The notes: generated by a model not told the origin, from the letters alone. DNA of 64,000 bases from an uncultured Candidatus Saccharibacteria bacterium (GCA_964446735.1 CAYUQB010000001.1:111270-175269); one strand, 5' to 3'; positions 9,451-21,542 are shown, counted from the stretch's first letter. Translations and numbers: made by a program.

Positions 9451-10548
9451 CTAGCTATGGAGAAACACCATTACATCTCCATCCTTGGTCTCGTATGTCT
9501 TCCCTTCGGTCCGAATATCCCCTTTATCGCGTGCCGCGCTCCAGGAACCATCTGCGAGCAGCGTATCCCACTGAATGACTTCCGCACGGATGAACTTGTC
9601 TCGAAAGTCCTCGTGAATAGCTGCACCCGCGTCAGGAGCAAGTGCACCCGCTCGTACCGTCCACGCCCGACTCTCTTTGGGCCCGGTGGTAAAGAAGGTG
9701 ATGAGGCCGAGCGTCTCGTACGCGCCACGAATAAGATCCCGAATACCGTCATCTGTGACACCGAGCTCAGAGCGGAACATATCTTTATCCTCGTCTGAAA
9801 CATCATTAAGTTCATGCTCGGTACGTGCGTCAATGAGCACGTAGCGTGCCCCAAGCGACTCTACGTAGTCATATGCTTTCTGCGCACGACCATCATTCAT
9901 TTCAGCGAGATTACGCCCTCCAGACTTACCGTTGAATGCGTAAAGAATGGGTTTCAGGGTAAGGAGATTCAGCGATTTAATGAGTTTCGTCTCGTCTCCT
10001 CCCAGCCCAGCAACCATCGCAAGCTTCCCGTCTTTGAGTACCGCTTCAACCTTTGTAAGCACCGCATCTTCTTCCAATGCCTCCTTCTTATTCATCTTCA
10101 CATCCCGGACAAGCTTTTCCTTGCGGCGTGTGACGCTCTCTTGATCAGCAAGGATGAGCTCAAGATTGATGATTTCGATGTCCCGAACCGGGTCGACGTC
10201 TCCGTGCACATGCGTGATATCAGGGTCGTCAAAGAAGCGCACAAGCTCGAGAATGGCATCGGTCTCACGGATATTGGAAAGGAATTGATTTCCCAGTCCT
10301 TCCCCCTCTGAAGCACCCCGTACGAGTCCTGCAATATCAACAAATTCTATCGCTGCAGGCACGATCTTCTCGGACTTTGAGAGTGCTGCCAGCTGCGTAA
10401 GCCGTTCATCAGGCACCGCAACAACTCCCACCGACGGATCAATGGTTGCAAAGGGGTAGTTAGCAATGAGCGCATTCGCCTTGGTGAGCGCATTAAAAAG
10501 GGTTGACTTCCCGACGTTGGGAAGCCCGACGATGCCGATCTTGAGCAT
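9451..10548 (-). CDS. ychF: ribosome-binding ATPase YchF
   Basis: GIVGLPNVGKSTLFNALT, ANYPFATIDP, DIAGLV, C-terminal TGS domain. Confidence 0.96.
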   Translation of the reverse strand: MLKIGIVGLPNVGKSTLFNALTKANALIANYPFATIDPSVGVVAVPDERLTQLAALSKSEKIVPAAIEFVDIAGLVRGASEGEGLGNQFLSNIRETDAILELVRFFDDPDITHVHGDVDPVRDIEIINLELILADQESVTRRKEKLVRDVKMNKKEALEEDAVLTKVEAVLKDGKLAMVAGLGGDETKLIKSLNLLTLKPILYAFNGKSGGRNLAEMNDGRAQKAYDYVESLGARYVLIDARTEHELNDVSDEDKDMFRSELGVTDDGIRDLIRGAYETLGLITFFTTGPKESRAWTVRAGALAPDAGAAIHEDFRDKFIRAEVIQWDTLLADGSWSAARDKGDIRTEGKTYETKDGDVMVFLHS

Positions 10549-10574
10549 TAGGTACACCTTACTGACTACCCGGG

Positions 10575-10601
10575 AAAAAAGGAAGGACCGTCGTGCGGTC
10601 C
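10575..10601 (-). terminator. intrinsic terminator
   Basis: GGACCG-CACGA-CGGTCC followed by TTCCTTTTTT on the minus strand. Confidence 0.6.
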
Positions 10602-10606
10602 CTGGG

Positions 10607-10678
10607 TGTTGAGGCGGCCATGATCAGGGATGTCTCCCCTGATCTTCGCTGGGTGGGGCTCCGTAGACCGCCTCAACA
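10607..10678 (-). other. candidate structured RNA (nested stems)
   Basis: TGTTGAGGCGG (10607-17) pairs with CCGCCTCAACA (10668-78) and encloses a GATCAGGG/CCCTGATC hairpin. Confidence 0.4.
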
Positions 10679-10692
10679 AACACACTAAACAC

Positions 10693-11268
10693 CTAGACTC
10701 CGCGTTTCGCAAGCGCCGCTATTCTTCTGAGCCATGCATTCTTCTGACGATCAGAGAGACGTTCGGAGTTCCCAACATCGGTCATGCGCACTTTGTAGCC
10801 AGCAAACCCCAAAGTAGCGTGTCGTATTTCGTTCGTGAAGTCCCCGAACATAAAACGAATTGCGAGCGGGTGGAGTTTGGAAAGGGCAATAACGCGTGCG
10901 GTCTTTCCCGTCATGAGCTTGTCCCAGCCCATGCCATTTTTCCAAAAGTGGAAACAAAACCCTGGGAGCCACATACGATCGAACATGCCCTTGAGAAGCG
11001 CCGGTGTTGCGCTCCACCACAGTGGGTATACCAGGACAAAATGATCTGCCCATTTCAAATTCTCTTGGACTTTCTTTAGGTCGGGTTCAAGTTCCTGAAT
11101 CGCTCGATACCCTTTATGAAGAATGGGATCAAACTGCAAGTCTCCAATGTTATCCCGTCGTACTTCGTGCCCCGCCTCGCGTGCGGCCGCCTCATACGTA
11201 TTCGCGAGTTTATTCGTAAATGTCCCCTCCTTATCGGGATTCCCCATCAGTACGTAAATCTTCTTCAT
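10693..11268 (-). CDS. NAD(P)H-dependent oxidoreductase, flavodoxin-like fold
   Basis: WADHFVLVYPLWWSATPALLKGMFDR motif. Confidence 0.88.
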   Translation of the reverse strand: MKKIYVLMGNPDKEGTFTNKLANTYEAAAREAGHEVRRDNIGDLQFDPILHKGYRAIQELEPDLKKVQENLKWADHFVLVYPLWWSATPALLKGMFDRMWLPGFCFHFWKNGMGWDKLMTGKTARVIALSKLHPLAIRFMFGDFTNEIRHATLGFAGYKVRMTDVGNSERLSDRQKNAWLRRIAALAKRGV

Positions 11269-11275
11269 GTCGGAA

Positions 11276-11509
11276 TTATTTCTGCATCAAGGCAGCGAGC
11301 TCGGTGCGGTACTTCTTCATGACCTCCATCGTTGCCTTCATTTGTGGCTCGCCACCCTTCTTTACGCGACGATCAACCTCCTCACCAATCTTCTTGAAAA
11401 GCTCTGGGTCCTTGGTAACCAGCTGCATAATCTGATCACGCTGTGCCGCCGGCACATCCTTCATTTTTGCCTTTAGCATCTGGCGAATGAAAAAGTCTTG
11501 GACACCCAT
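11276..11509 (-). CDS. small helical hypothetical protein
   Basis: 77-aa Met/Lys-rich ORF; ATG just after TGGTATACT. Confidence 0.7.
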   Translation of the reverse strand: MGVQDFFIRQMLKAKMKDVPAAQRDQIMQLVTKDPELFKKIGEEVDRRVKKGGEPQMKATMEVMKKYRTELAALMQK

Positions 11510-11573
11510 AGTGTCGAGAGTATACCAAAAACAGCGCAGTCTTTCGACCGCGCTGCCCTCTTTGAGTAGGTGA

Positions 11574-12197
11574 TTACTCGGCCGCGAGGTTAGGCGTTGC
11601 CGAAGTGTCAATTTGTACCCCAGGAATCTCGTCCAGATAGCGAATGCGATCCTCGCCGACGAACTCGCGCAGCTGGCCACTTAGATGATCACGCCATGCG
11701 TATACAATAACTCGTTGCAGCATATGGTCGCCGTACGCTTTCTCCAAGTTCCTGAACGACCGGAGGTAGCCTCCGTCGCCGGAGACCAGGACGTATTTCA
11801 TCTTGAACGGGTAGAAGGTCTCCTCATGCGCCATGAACTCGTACAGGTGGTAGAGCGTTGTCGCCATCCACATGTCGTTCATGATCCACGAGTCTACATC
11901 CTTGCCGTCACGGCGCGTGGCTTCGACTGTGCAGGTACGCGTGTGTTGCTTCCGACGGCGATAGAGCGCCTCATCGAGCCAGCGGCTCGGAGCTTCCCCT
12001 TCGCTTCGGTTGCGCGCGTACGCCCCTGCGTGAATGAGCTTGGTCTGCTGCAAGTCACGCTCGGCGATATATGCCGTAAGCACCCGCCAGTTGATGCGGG
12101 TCTTTCGAACACTTCCATGGAGCACATTGGGTACATCGATGAACAGCGCACTCCCCGGAAGAGAGGCACTGCCAGGTTGCAGGGCAGGAATGCCCAT
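11574..12197 (-). CDS. NYN (PIN-like, LabA/DUF88) domain protein
   Basis: FIDVPNV, KDVD, VLVSGDGGY acidic motifs; GAGGAGG SD. Confidence 0.7.
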   Translation of the reverse strand: MGIPALQPGSASLPGSALFIDVPNVLHGSVRKTRINWRVLTAYIAERDLQQTKLIHAGAYARNRSEGEAPSRWLDEALYRRRKQHTRTCTVEATRRDGKDVDSWIMNDMWMATTLYHLYEFMAHEETFYPFKMKYVLVSGDGGYLRSFRNLEKAYGDHMLQRVIVYAWRDHLSGQLREFVGEDRIRYLDEIPGVQIDTSATPNLAAE

Positions 12198-12257
12198 GGC
12201 CGCCTCCTCTCTATCGTGCGGTGCCTAGGAATATCTTTAGCACGCCACCCCGGTAGT

Positions 12258-12502
12258 TCAAAGGAGGACGGTCGCTTGATTGCTCGACACCTCGGCTATC
12301 CCTTTCTCGATAGAAAAAGTCTCCTTCTTTCCCTCCGCGGTTTCGACAACTGCCTCACCCGCTTTTAGTGGGGTCACGAAGGCCTCGTGTCCCGCAAGCA
12401 CCGTAAAAACACCGCCTTCACCAGGAAGAGTTACTGCGAGTGCTTCTCCGTCAAAGAGGTTCTCGCCGACCTTCGCAATAGTGAGATGGAATGTTCGAGC
12501 CA

Positions 12503-12503
<1 letters not shown>
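12258..12503 (-). CDS. atpC: ATP synthase epsilon subunit (N-terminal beta-sandwich only)
   Basis: VTLPGEGGVFTVLAGH; last gene of the atp operon; 81 aa. Confidence 0.9.
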
Positions 12504-14813
<2,310 letters not shown>

Positions 14814-14815
14814 AG

Positions 14816-15340
14816 CTATGGATCAATGTGAATGAGTGCCATACGAAGTGCCTCCATCGTGTAGGTCTTACGATTTACTCGCCCCTTCGTAACAATGCTC
14901 ACCACGCCTTCTGCCTTTCCAATCTCAAGACTTTCAGTCATACCGGATGCATGTGCTGCTCCATTCAGGTCCATGCCCTCATCCACCACTTTGCGCATTA
15001 CTTCTGGATCAGGAAACTCCCAGGCTGAGGTTAGACCGAGATGAAATTCCGCTCCGTCATAGATGGCACATGCGGTGAGTTCCATATACCCACTTTTGGT
15101 ATGGGGCACGGGCATAATTCCTGACTCAAGTCCGATTGAATACTCACAGTCGGCATATGCTGCTCGTGCGCGGTTCATTGCTCCCGTGATGGATTCATCG
15201 AGTGATTTCGGCTGCTCTGAAACACCGGACGGTACTTCGACGCCAACCACTTCCGCATCTTTCAAATGCGAATAATCCTGAAGCATGTCTCGCACTGCTT
15301 CTATCTTTACTGGGTTCTTTGAGCCGACCGCGATCTTCAT
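14816..15340 (-). CDS. yjjX: inosine/xanthosine triphosphatase (YjjX/DUF84 family)
   Basis: VGSKNPVKIEAV, SGVSEQP, GAMNRA, IGLESG. Confidence 0.85.
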   Translation of the reverse strand: MKIAVGSKNPVKIEAVRDMLQDYSHLKDAEVVGVEVPSGVSEQPKSLDESITGAMNRARAAYADCEYSIGLESGIMPVPHTKSGYMELTACAIYDGAEFHLGLTSAWEFPDPEVMRKVVDEGMDLNGAAHASGMTESLEIGKAEGVVSIVTKGRVNRKTYTMEALRMALIHIDP

Positions 15341-15342
15341 GG

Positions 15343-16890
15343 TTATGCCGTGCGCTCGACGAATTGGTCGAGTTTTGCACGTAGATCTTTCTCGATGGTT
15401 TCGTTGATCTCGCGAGTAGTGCGGATTGCAGCAAGTACGTCATTCGCTTCACGAGAAAGGAATTCCTGAAGGCGTTCCTCTGCATCGCTGGTCTTCTCTG
15501 GCGCGAATCCATCGAAGTATCCGTTCACTGCCGCGAAAATGACCGCAGCTTCCATCTCAAACGGAAGGGGCTTACCGTTTGGCTGCTTGAGCACTTCGGT
15601 CATGCGACGTCCTGAATCAATCTGCTTCTTGGTGCCCTCATCAAGATCAGAGGCGAACTGCATAAACGCTTCCAGTTCGCGGAACTGAGCAAGCTCGAGC
15701 TTGATCTTGCTTGCCACTTTCTTCATGGCCTTGGTCTGCGCGGATGAACCCACGCGCGACACCGAGTTACCGACATCAATAGCGGGACGCATGCCCTGGT
15801 TAAAGAGGTTTGCGAGCACGAAGATTTGGCCATCGGTGATGGAGATCACGTTGGTTGGAATGTAGGTCGAGATGTCTCCCTCCTGCGTTTCAATGATGGG
15901 AAGCGCGGTGAGGCTTCCACCACCCTTCTCCTTAGAAAGCTTCGCAGCGCGCTCCAAGAGGCGTGAGTGGAGATAGAAGATGTCGCCCGGATACGCTTCA
16001 CGACCAGGTGGGCGGCGCAGAAGCAGGGACATCTGGCGATAGGCGACCGCCTGCTTCGAAAGGTCGTCATAGATGACCAACGCATCTTTACCCTGCTCCA
16101 TGAAGTATTCGCCGATTGCAGCGCCTGCAAATGGGGCGAGGAACTGGAACGCAGCAGGAGAGGACGCAGGTGCGGTCACGACAATGGTGTAGTCCATCGC
16201 TCCCTTATCAGCCAACTCCGCAACGAGCTTGGCGGTCTTCGACTCCTTCTGACCGATGGCAACATACACGCAGATCGGCCGAGTCGCTTCGGGCTCAGAC
16301 TTCTGGTTGATGATGGTATCGATCGCAATGGTCGTCTTACCTGTACCACGGTCTCCAATGATGAGTTCGCGCTGACCACGCCCAATGGGCACCATGGCGT
16401 CGATTGCCTTAATACCGGTATGGAGTGGCGTGTTCACCGGAGAGCGGTCCATAACACCATATGCTTCAGACTCGATCGGGCGCTGGATGGTGGCGCCGGT
16501 TGGTCCCTTGCCGTCAACCGCTTCTCCAAGTGGGTTCACGACACGACCAATGAGTGAGTCACCTACCGGGATGGAAAGGAGGCGACCCACACGGCGTACG
16601 AGCATACCCTCATATACCCGAGATGTATCGCCGAGAATAACGGTACGTACACCGTCCTCTTCGAGGTTGAGCACGAGCCCATACACAGGGTCAGCATCTT
16701 TGAGCGCTGCTTCGAGGGTGCGATCGAAGGTTGGATCGAAGAGCACCATCTCATTCATGATGGCGCCTCCGAGACCGTCGATCTCTGCGATACCGTCGCC
16801 GGCGGCACGCACAATGCCCGTCTCCTCCGCAACCTCCTTGGGTGCGAAGCCTGCGATCTCACTCTCGATACGCTTGATAATACTCTCCAT
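15343..16890 (-). CDS. atpA: ATP synthase alpha subunit
   Basis: GRGQRELIIGDRGTGKT, PPGREAYPGD. Confidence 0.99.
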   Translation of the reverse strand: MESIIKRIESEIAGFAPKEVAEETGIVRAAGDGIAEIDGLGGAIMNEMVLFDPTFDRTLEAALKDADPVYGLVLNLEEDGVRTVILGDTSRVYEGMLVRRVGRLLSIPVGDSLIGRVVNPLGEAVDGKGPTGATIQRPIESEAYGVMDRSPVNTPLHTGIKAIDAMVPIGRGQRELIIGDRGTGKTTIAIDTIINQKSEPEATRPICVYVAIGQKESKTAKLVAELADKGAMDYTIVVTAPASSPAAFQFLAPFAGAAIGEYFMEQGKDALVIYDDLSKQAVAYRQMSLLLRRPPGREAYPGDIFYLHSRLLERAAKLSKEKGGGSLTALPIIETQEGDISTYIPTNVISITDGQIFVLANLFNQGMRPAIDVGNSVSRVGSSAQTKAMKKVASKIKLELAQFRELEAFMQFASDLDEGTKKQIDSGRRMTEVLKQPNGKPLPFEMEAAVIFAAVNGYFDGFAPEKTSDAEERLQEFLSREANDVLAAIRTTREINETIEKDLRAKLDQFVERTA

Positions 16891-16914
16891 GATGGGTAGT
16901 TATCTAAATAATGA

Positions 16915-17280
16915 TTAGTTCGTCACTTTGCGATACAGATCGATAAGGCCACGCTTAGCACTGAGATCGACAAGCATTCCGCCCGAACGAGCTCGCCACC
17001 CTTTAATGAGTGAGTGGTTCACGTGTGCCTTCGCGGCTTCGATACCATGCTTTTTTGCCTCACTGAGTGCATGGTGCGCTTCTTTCTCACTTGCGACTTC
17101 GACAACTGAAGCCAGGTGTCCCTTACGCGCCTCAAGAACCTTCAGTTCCCGAAGAATGCGAGGAAGCAGCTTCATGCGACCAGTCTCTTTGAGATGCGCG
17201 GTAAGGTCCTTCACGACATTCTTTTCCTCACCGCCTTTGGCGAGGAGATTTTCTATAGCCTGTGCGTAGACCTTTTCCAT
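16915..17280 (-). CDS. atpH: ATP synthase delta subunit (short)
   Basis: Lies between atpF and atpA; YAQA N-terminus, SLIKGW..R.G..LVD.S C-terminus; start trimmed to MEKVY. Confidence 0.85.
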   Translation of the reverse strand: MEKVYAQAIENLLAKGGEEKNVVKDLTAHLKETGRMKLLPRILRELKVLEARKGHLASVVEVASEKEAHHALSEAKKHGIEAAKAHVNHSLIKGWRARSGGMLVDLSAKRGLIDLYRKVTN

Positions 17281-17284
17281 GCGG

Positions 17285-17728
17285 TTATTTCTCTCGAACC
17301 ACTTTCTCTGCGGCAAGCACCGCAAGGCGGGCGATCTCCTTTTCACTCTCACGAAGCGTACGTGCTGCATCTTCCTTGGCACGTGCTTCTGCGTCCTTTT
17401 CGATTGATGCTGCGCGTGCTTCTGCATCGCGTACGATGCGCGTGCGCTCGCTCGTAGCGGTTTCGCGTGCGGTACCCACAATGGTTTCCGCTTCGGTCTC
17501 TGCCGTATGGAGTACCTCTGCTGCCTCATGATCAGCGGACGCAAGCTTCTCTTCAGCGAGCTTCGCATCTTCAACACCTTTGGCGACCACACGACGCCGC
17601 TCATCAAGTGTTTTCATCACCGGCTTATACAGCAGGTACGTAAGTGCCACGAACAAGATGCCGAAGTTAACCGCCTGCGCGAGCAGGAGCTTCCAGTCGA
17701 TGCCGAATGCTGCGAAGAGTGATTCCAT
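17285..17728 (-). CDS. atpF: ATP synthase b subunit
   Basis: QAVNFGILF..L...LYKP, coiled coil. Confidence 0.95.
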   Translation of the reverse strand: MESLFAAFGIDWKLLLAQAVNFGILFVALTYLLYKPVMKTLDERRRVVAKGVEDAKLAEEKLASADHEAAEVLHTAETEAETIVGTARETATSERTRIVRDAEARAASIEKDAEARAKEDAARTLRESEKEIARLAVLAAEKVVREK

Positions 17729-17747
17729 ATGGCTCGACTACGCGCGA

Positions 17748-17987
<240 letters not shown>

Positions 17988-18042
17988 TTAATTCAATAAA
18001 TTCGGTTCCATCCCGGAGCCGCATGCAGACACTAGCGAGACG

Positions 18043-18870
18043 CTAATGTTCGGCGTGCGGTTCCGCGATCGCAAGCTTAATGAAGAACAGGGTGAGCATC
18101 GAGAACACCACTGCTTGAATAAAGCCAACGAACACCTCAAATGCCATGAGTGGCACCGGCAAGAGGTACGGCAAGAAGAACGCCGCGACCAAGATCATGA
18201 CTTCGCCAGCAAAGATGTTTCCGAAGAGACGGAAGGAGAACGAGATGAGCCGTCCCAGATTCGATACGAGCTCGATGATGCCGACGGCGAAATTGACCGG
18301 TGAACTAAAGTTAACAAATTTACCGCCGTACTTCAAAAGTCCGAGGGTAAGGACGCCAGTGAGCTCAATGGTGAGGAATGAGATGATGGCGAGTGCAAGC
18401 GTCATATTAAGGTCTGCTGCAGGAGCACGTAGGAGGGGACTGAACCCTTCATGCGTGTTGATTCCTATGGACCCAACGCCCGGCAGGAACGCGAGTTCAT
18501 TGGCAACGAATACAAATAGGAAAATGGTTGCAATAAGAGGGAAGAACCGACGTGCCAATTCCCTGCTTTCAAGCGTTTCTTCCATGTAGTTCAAAACTGC
18601 TTCGAATGCCCATTCGACTCCCGCCTGGAACTTACCCGGAATGAGAGCGAGCTTTCGAGAGAAGAGGACGGCAAAAATAATAAGGATCGCAACAACGATC
18701 CAGGCCATCAGGAGTGAGTTGGTGATCGGAAAACCGAGGACGTGGCCGAGGGTTTCTGCCTTGAGCACGACATGGATGGCACTCGCGTGCTCAGCAGTAG
18801 TCGCTGCAGCTTCAGTTGCGGTAGCGACCGCAGTCGTCGTAGCACCCACAAACTCTATGTGTGGCTCCAT
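18043..18870 (-). CDS. atpB: ATP synthase a subunit
   Basis: SFSFRLFGNIFAGE, IQAVVF. Confidence 0.97.
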   Translation of the reverse strand: MEPHIEFVGATTTAVATATEAAATTAEHASAIHVVLKAETLGHVLGFPITNSLLMAWIVVAILIIFAVLFSRKLALIPGKFQAGVEWAFEAVLNYMEETLESRELARRFFPLIATIFLFVFVANELAFLPGVGSIGINTHEGFSPLLRAPAADLNMTLALAIISFLTIELTGVLTLGLLKYGGKFVNFSSPVNFAVGIIELVSNLGRLISFSFRLFGNIFAGEVMILVAAFFLPYLLPVPLMAFEVFVGFIQAVVFSMLTLFFIKLAIAEPHAEH

Positions 18871-18997
18871 ACGAAAAAGAGACCCCGCTGGGCCAGTACC
18901 CCTGTCATATAAGCCAGTCTAGCAAACGGCCTTTCAAATACAAAGGATAGTGTGGTAGGGTCCCAGGCAGGAAGCTATTTCCGGGGAGAGGGCCACC

Positions 18998-19516
18998 ATG
19001 ACTCCAAGATCATCGAGCCTCAAGAAGGGGCCGCTGCGCTGCGACGCAGCAACATCAATGCTGGGTGCGACAGCGCAACGCCTTCGTACGAGCTGCCAAG
19101 GGGTGTTCGAGGCCGCGTACAAAGGGCTCGACGGCCCGTACGCTCGCGCTGCCTTCGCCAAGTATATCGAAGGTGGATGCGGTGAACTGCCAGAAACGGT
19201 TGCGCGTTTCTGCAGGAATCCGGACCCGAATCGCGTGACGGCCGGGCGTACCTGCATTAAGTGCATGCTGGAGAACAAGGAGGCGCGGGACGCGGTGCTG
19301 GGACTGTATAGTGCGCATTTCGGTCCGGATGCGGCTGACTCGCAACAAACTCCGCTTGAGCGTTTTCTGGGGTGGCCGCACACGCAGCGGCAACCGCATG
19401 CGCCTCACACTCCGATGGTGCTGCCTCTTCAAGAGGCACCGCCGCCCTGTCAGGCAACCAAGGACGAGATCCGGGCGTGGTTGCTTGAGCGTCCCCTGAG
19501 GGCGCGAAGAAGTTAA
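18998..19516 (+). CDS. hypothetical protein (orphan, GC-rich, SD-led)
   Basis: 172 aa; TGGTAGGGT -10-like box and GGAGAGGG upstream of ATG. Confidence 0.55.
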   Translation: MTPRSSSLKKGPLRCDAATSMLGATAQRLRTSCQGVFEAAYKGLDGPYARAAFAKYIEGGCGELPETVARFCRNPDPNRVTAGRTCIKCMLENKEARDAVLGLYSAHFGPDAADSQQTPLERFLGWPHTQRQPHAPHTPMVLPLQEAPPPCQATKDEIRAWLLERPLRARRS

Positions 19517-19563
19517 GTACACATTGGCCGGGAGCGCTTGCGCTTCCGGTCATGTCGTTTATG

Positions 19564-19634
19564 TGGACCTACGGGGAGTCGAACCCCGACTTCATCCATG
19601 CCATGGATGCGTGATACCGCTTCACTATAGGCCC
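19564..19634 (-). tRNA. tRNA-Ala(GGC)
   Basis: Cloverleaf GGGCCTA/TAGGTCC with G3:U70; anticodon arm CATCC-ATGGCAT-GGATG; GTTCGAC T-loop; CCA not encoded. Confidence 0.95.
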
Positions 19635-19647
19635 AATATTTTTGATA

Positions 19648-20193
19648 CTACTTCCCCTTCTTCAGCGCTTCAAGATCACGCAGGAGGCGCTGCACATCTT
19701 TGGTGAGTGCTTCGAGAAGCTCCTGTTCATCGTGCACCTTTTTCTCACGACGTTCACGGCGCTCTTTCTTTTCTTTCTCGTCTTTTGCCTCCTTGGCAAC
19801 TTTGGCATCCGCAACCTCCTCCTCGGTCATTTCATCAACATCCTCCTGAATCTCATCGATGTCTTCTGCGATCTCTTCAATGTCCTCCTGAATATCCTCC
19901 ACATCCTCTCCGAGCTCTTCGACATCTTCCTGAATCTCATCGATGTCTTCCTCGACTTCGCGAAGTGACTCAGTGTTCCGGTTCACGGCGATCTGAATGA
20001 AAATGGCCATGTAGATAGCCTCAAGGGAGACAATGGTGGTAAGCACGAGTAGCATGGTTTCCCATGCCACGATCCCAAAGACAGCAAGGAGAAAGGCCCC
20101 CGCAAAAAGTGCGGTGTGCAAAAGCAGTGACGCTATCGATCCAATGGACACGATAGCGGCTTCGATGAATGGGGTTTTCGGGCGTTCCTTCAT
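19648..20193 (-). CDS. DUF1003-like membrane protein with acidic heptad repeats
   Basis: Two TMs, LTTIVSLEAI, tandem EDIDEIQ-type heptads. Confidence 0.75.
   Translation of the reverse strand: MKERPKTPFIEAAIVSIGSIASLLLHTALFAGAFLLAVFGIVAWETMLLVLTTIVSLEAIYMAIFIQIAVNRNTESLREVEEDIDEIQEDVEELGEDVEDIQEDIEEIAEDIDEIQEDVDEMTEEEVADAKVAKEAKDEKEKKERRERREKKVHDEQELLEALTKDVQRLLRDLEALKKGK
19844..19950. repeat. intragenic 21-bp-period repeat
   Basis: TCCTGAATCTCATCGATGTCTTC at 19844 and 19928 (84 bp apart = 4 heptads). Confidence 0.8.
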
Positions 20194-20297
20194 CACTCGC
20201 ACCCTAGCTCGTGGATGGGGGTTTGTCTATGAACGAATGCGGTACTACGTGGATAGTCTCGTTTCCATTCATACGAAAACTCGGTACTATCAATCAT

Positions 20298-21362
20298 ATG
20301 CCGGGCCCCACCAATCGGACCCTTATCCCTCGCACGCTCGGACCGTATAACCGTAAGCCGGGATCTCCGCTTCGTCGTGCAATTAAAACGGTAACTCCCG
20401 TTGTTGCTTCGACGTTGGTGCTCGCCATCGCACTCTTCTCACTCCCCTCCGTACTTTCCATCGACCTTAAGGCGGATCGTGTTGCCACTCCCAAGCCTCC
20501 GTTCCCGGTGTCGGTCGATCCGTCTCGTAAGCTTATCGTCGAGAATCCGCAGGCCGACGTGCTCATTGAAAACGGCTCCACTAATGCCGCGCTACAGGCG
20601 GCCGCATCAAATGCGGAGTTCTTCTTTGCGTGGCTCGCAACGAAAGTGGCCTCACTTCCCGCCTATCGTCAGCTTGCCGGTGTGGACCTCGCCTACGTTT
20701 CTATTCAACCGGGATACCGCCAAGAAGAAGTGGCACAAGCCTTTGGAACCGCGCTCGGATGGAGCACCAAGGAGCGCCAGGCGTTCTTAACTCTCGTAAA
20801 GTCTTCTCCTCCGACGCTTTCAGAAGGTGAGTTCGTTCCCGGTATCTATGAAGTACACGGCGCGATGAAGGCAGCTGAAGTGCAGCATCTGTTGAACGAT
20901 CGGTTCACGACCGAGATCATGAATCGTTACAGCACCACCACTGCCGAGCAGGTGCCGCTCGATGATGCACTCACCATTGCATCCCTGATTGAACGCGAGA
21001 CCGGAGGCACCGATGATATGCGGCTCATTTCCGGCATTATCTGGAATCGCCTGTTCGTTGGTATGAATCTACAAATCGATGCCACGCTCCAATATGCAAA
21101 GGCACAGAACACTAAGAGCTGGTGGCCACCGGTACGACCTGCAGATAAATACATCAAGTCGGCCTACAACACGTACGCGCATCCTGGACTTCCGCCAACT
21201 CCTATCGCAAATCCATCAGTCGCAGCAGTTATCGCCGCACTGAATCCAAAACCAACCGACTGTATCTTCTACTTCCACGATAGGTACGGAAATTTCCACT
21301 GTGCACCGACGTACGAAGAACACGTACGCCTTCTTAAGAAATACTACGGGCAAGGGAAGTGA
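20298..21362 (+). CDS. mltG: second MltG/YceG-family protein
   Basis: IASLIERE, LQIDATLQY, YNTY..PGLPPTPIANP; ATG just after GGTACTAT. Confidence 0.85.
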   Translation: MPGPTNRTLIPRTLGPYNRKPGSPLRRAIKTVTPVVASTLVLAIALFSLPSVLSIDLKADRVATPKPPFPVSVDPSRKLIVENPQADVLIENGSTNAALQAAASNAEFFFAWLATKVASLPAYRQLAGVDLAYVSIQPGYRQEEVAQAFGTALGWSTKERQAFLTLVKSSPPTLSEGEFVPGIYEVHGAMKAAEVQHLLNDRFTTEIMNRYSTTTAEQVPLDDALTIASLIERETGGTDDMRLISGIIWNRLFVGMNLQIDATLQYAKAQNTKSWWPPVRPADKYIKSAYNTYAHPGLPPTPIANPSVAAVIAALNPKPTDCIFYFHDRYGNFHCAPTYEEHVRLLKKYYGQGK

Positions 21363-21488
21363 GGGCCGTCCCGTAGGACGACCCTCTTCGTTGGCTCACC
21401 GCCAACGTCCCCAACGGAAGGGAGAAACCACTGGCTTTAGTATCGTCCCGCACTCTACATCACGCACGTACACGCGGTGGATAAATGC

Positions 21489-21523
21489 AAAAGACCCCGC
21501 CCTTGCGAGCGGGGTCCCTTTTT
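21489..21523. terminator. bidirectional intrinsic terminator
   Basis: AAAA-GACCCCGC...GCGGGGTC-CCTTTTT. Confidence 0.7.
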
Positions 21524-21542
21524 GTTGTTGGGTGGGTGTTGG

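Noticed and set aside
16915-17607. 230-aa version of atpH
   Set aside because: The extension overlaps atpF out of frame; delta-like sequence starts at 17280.
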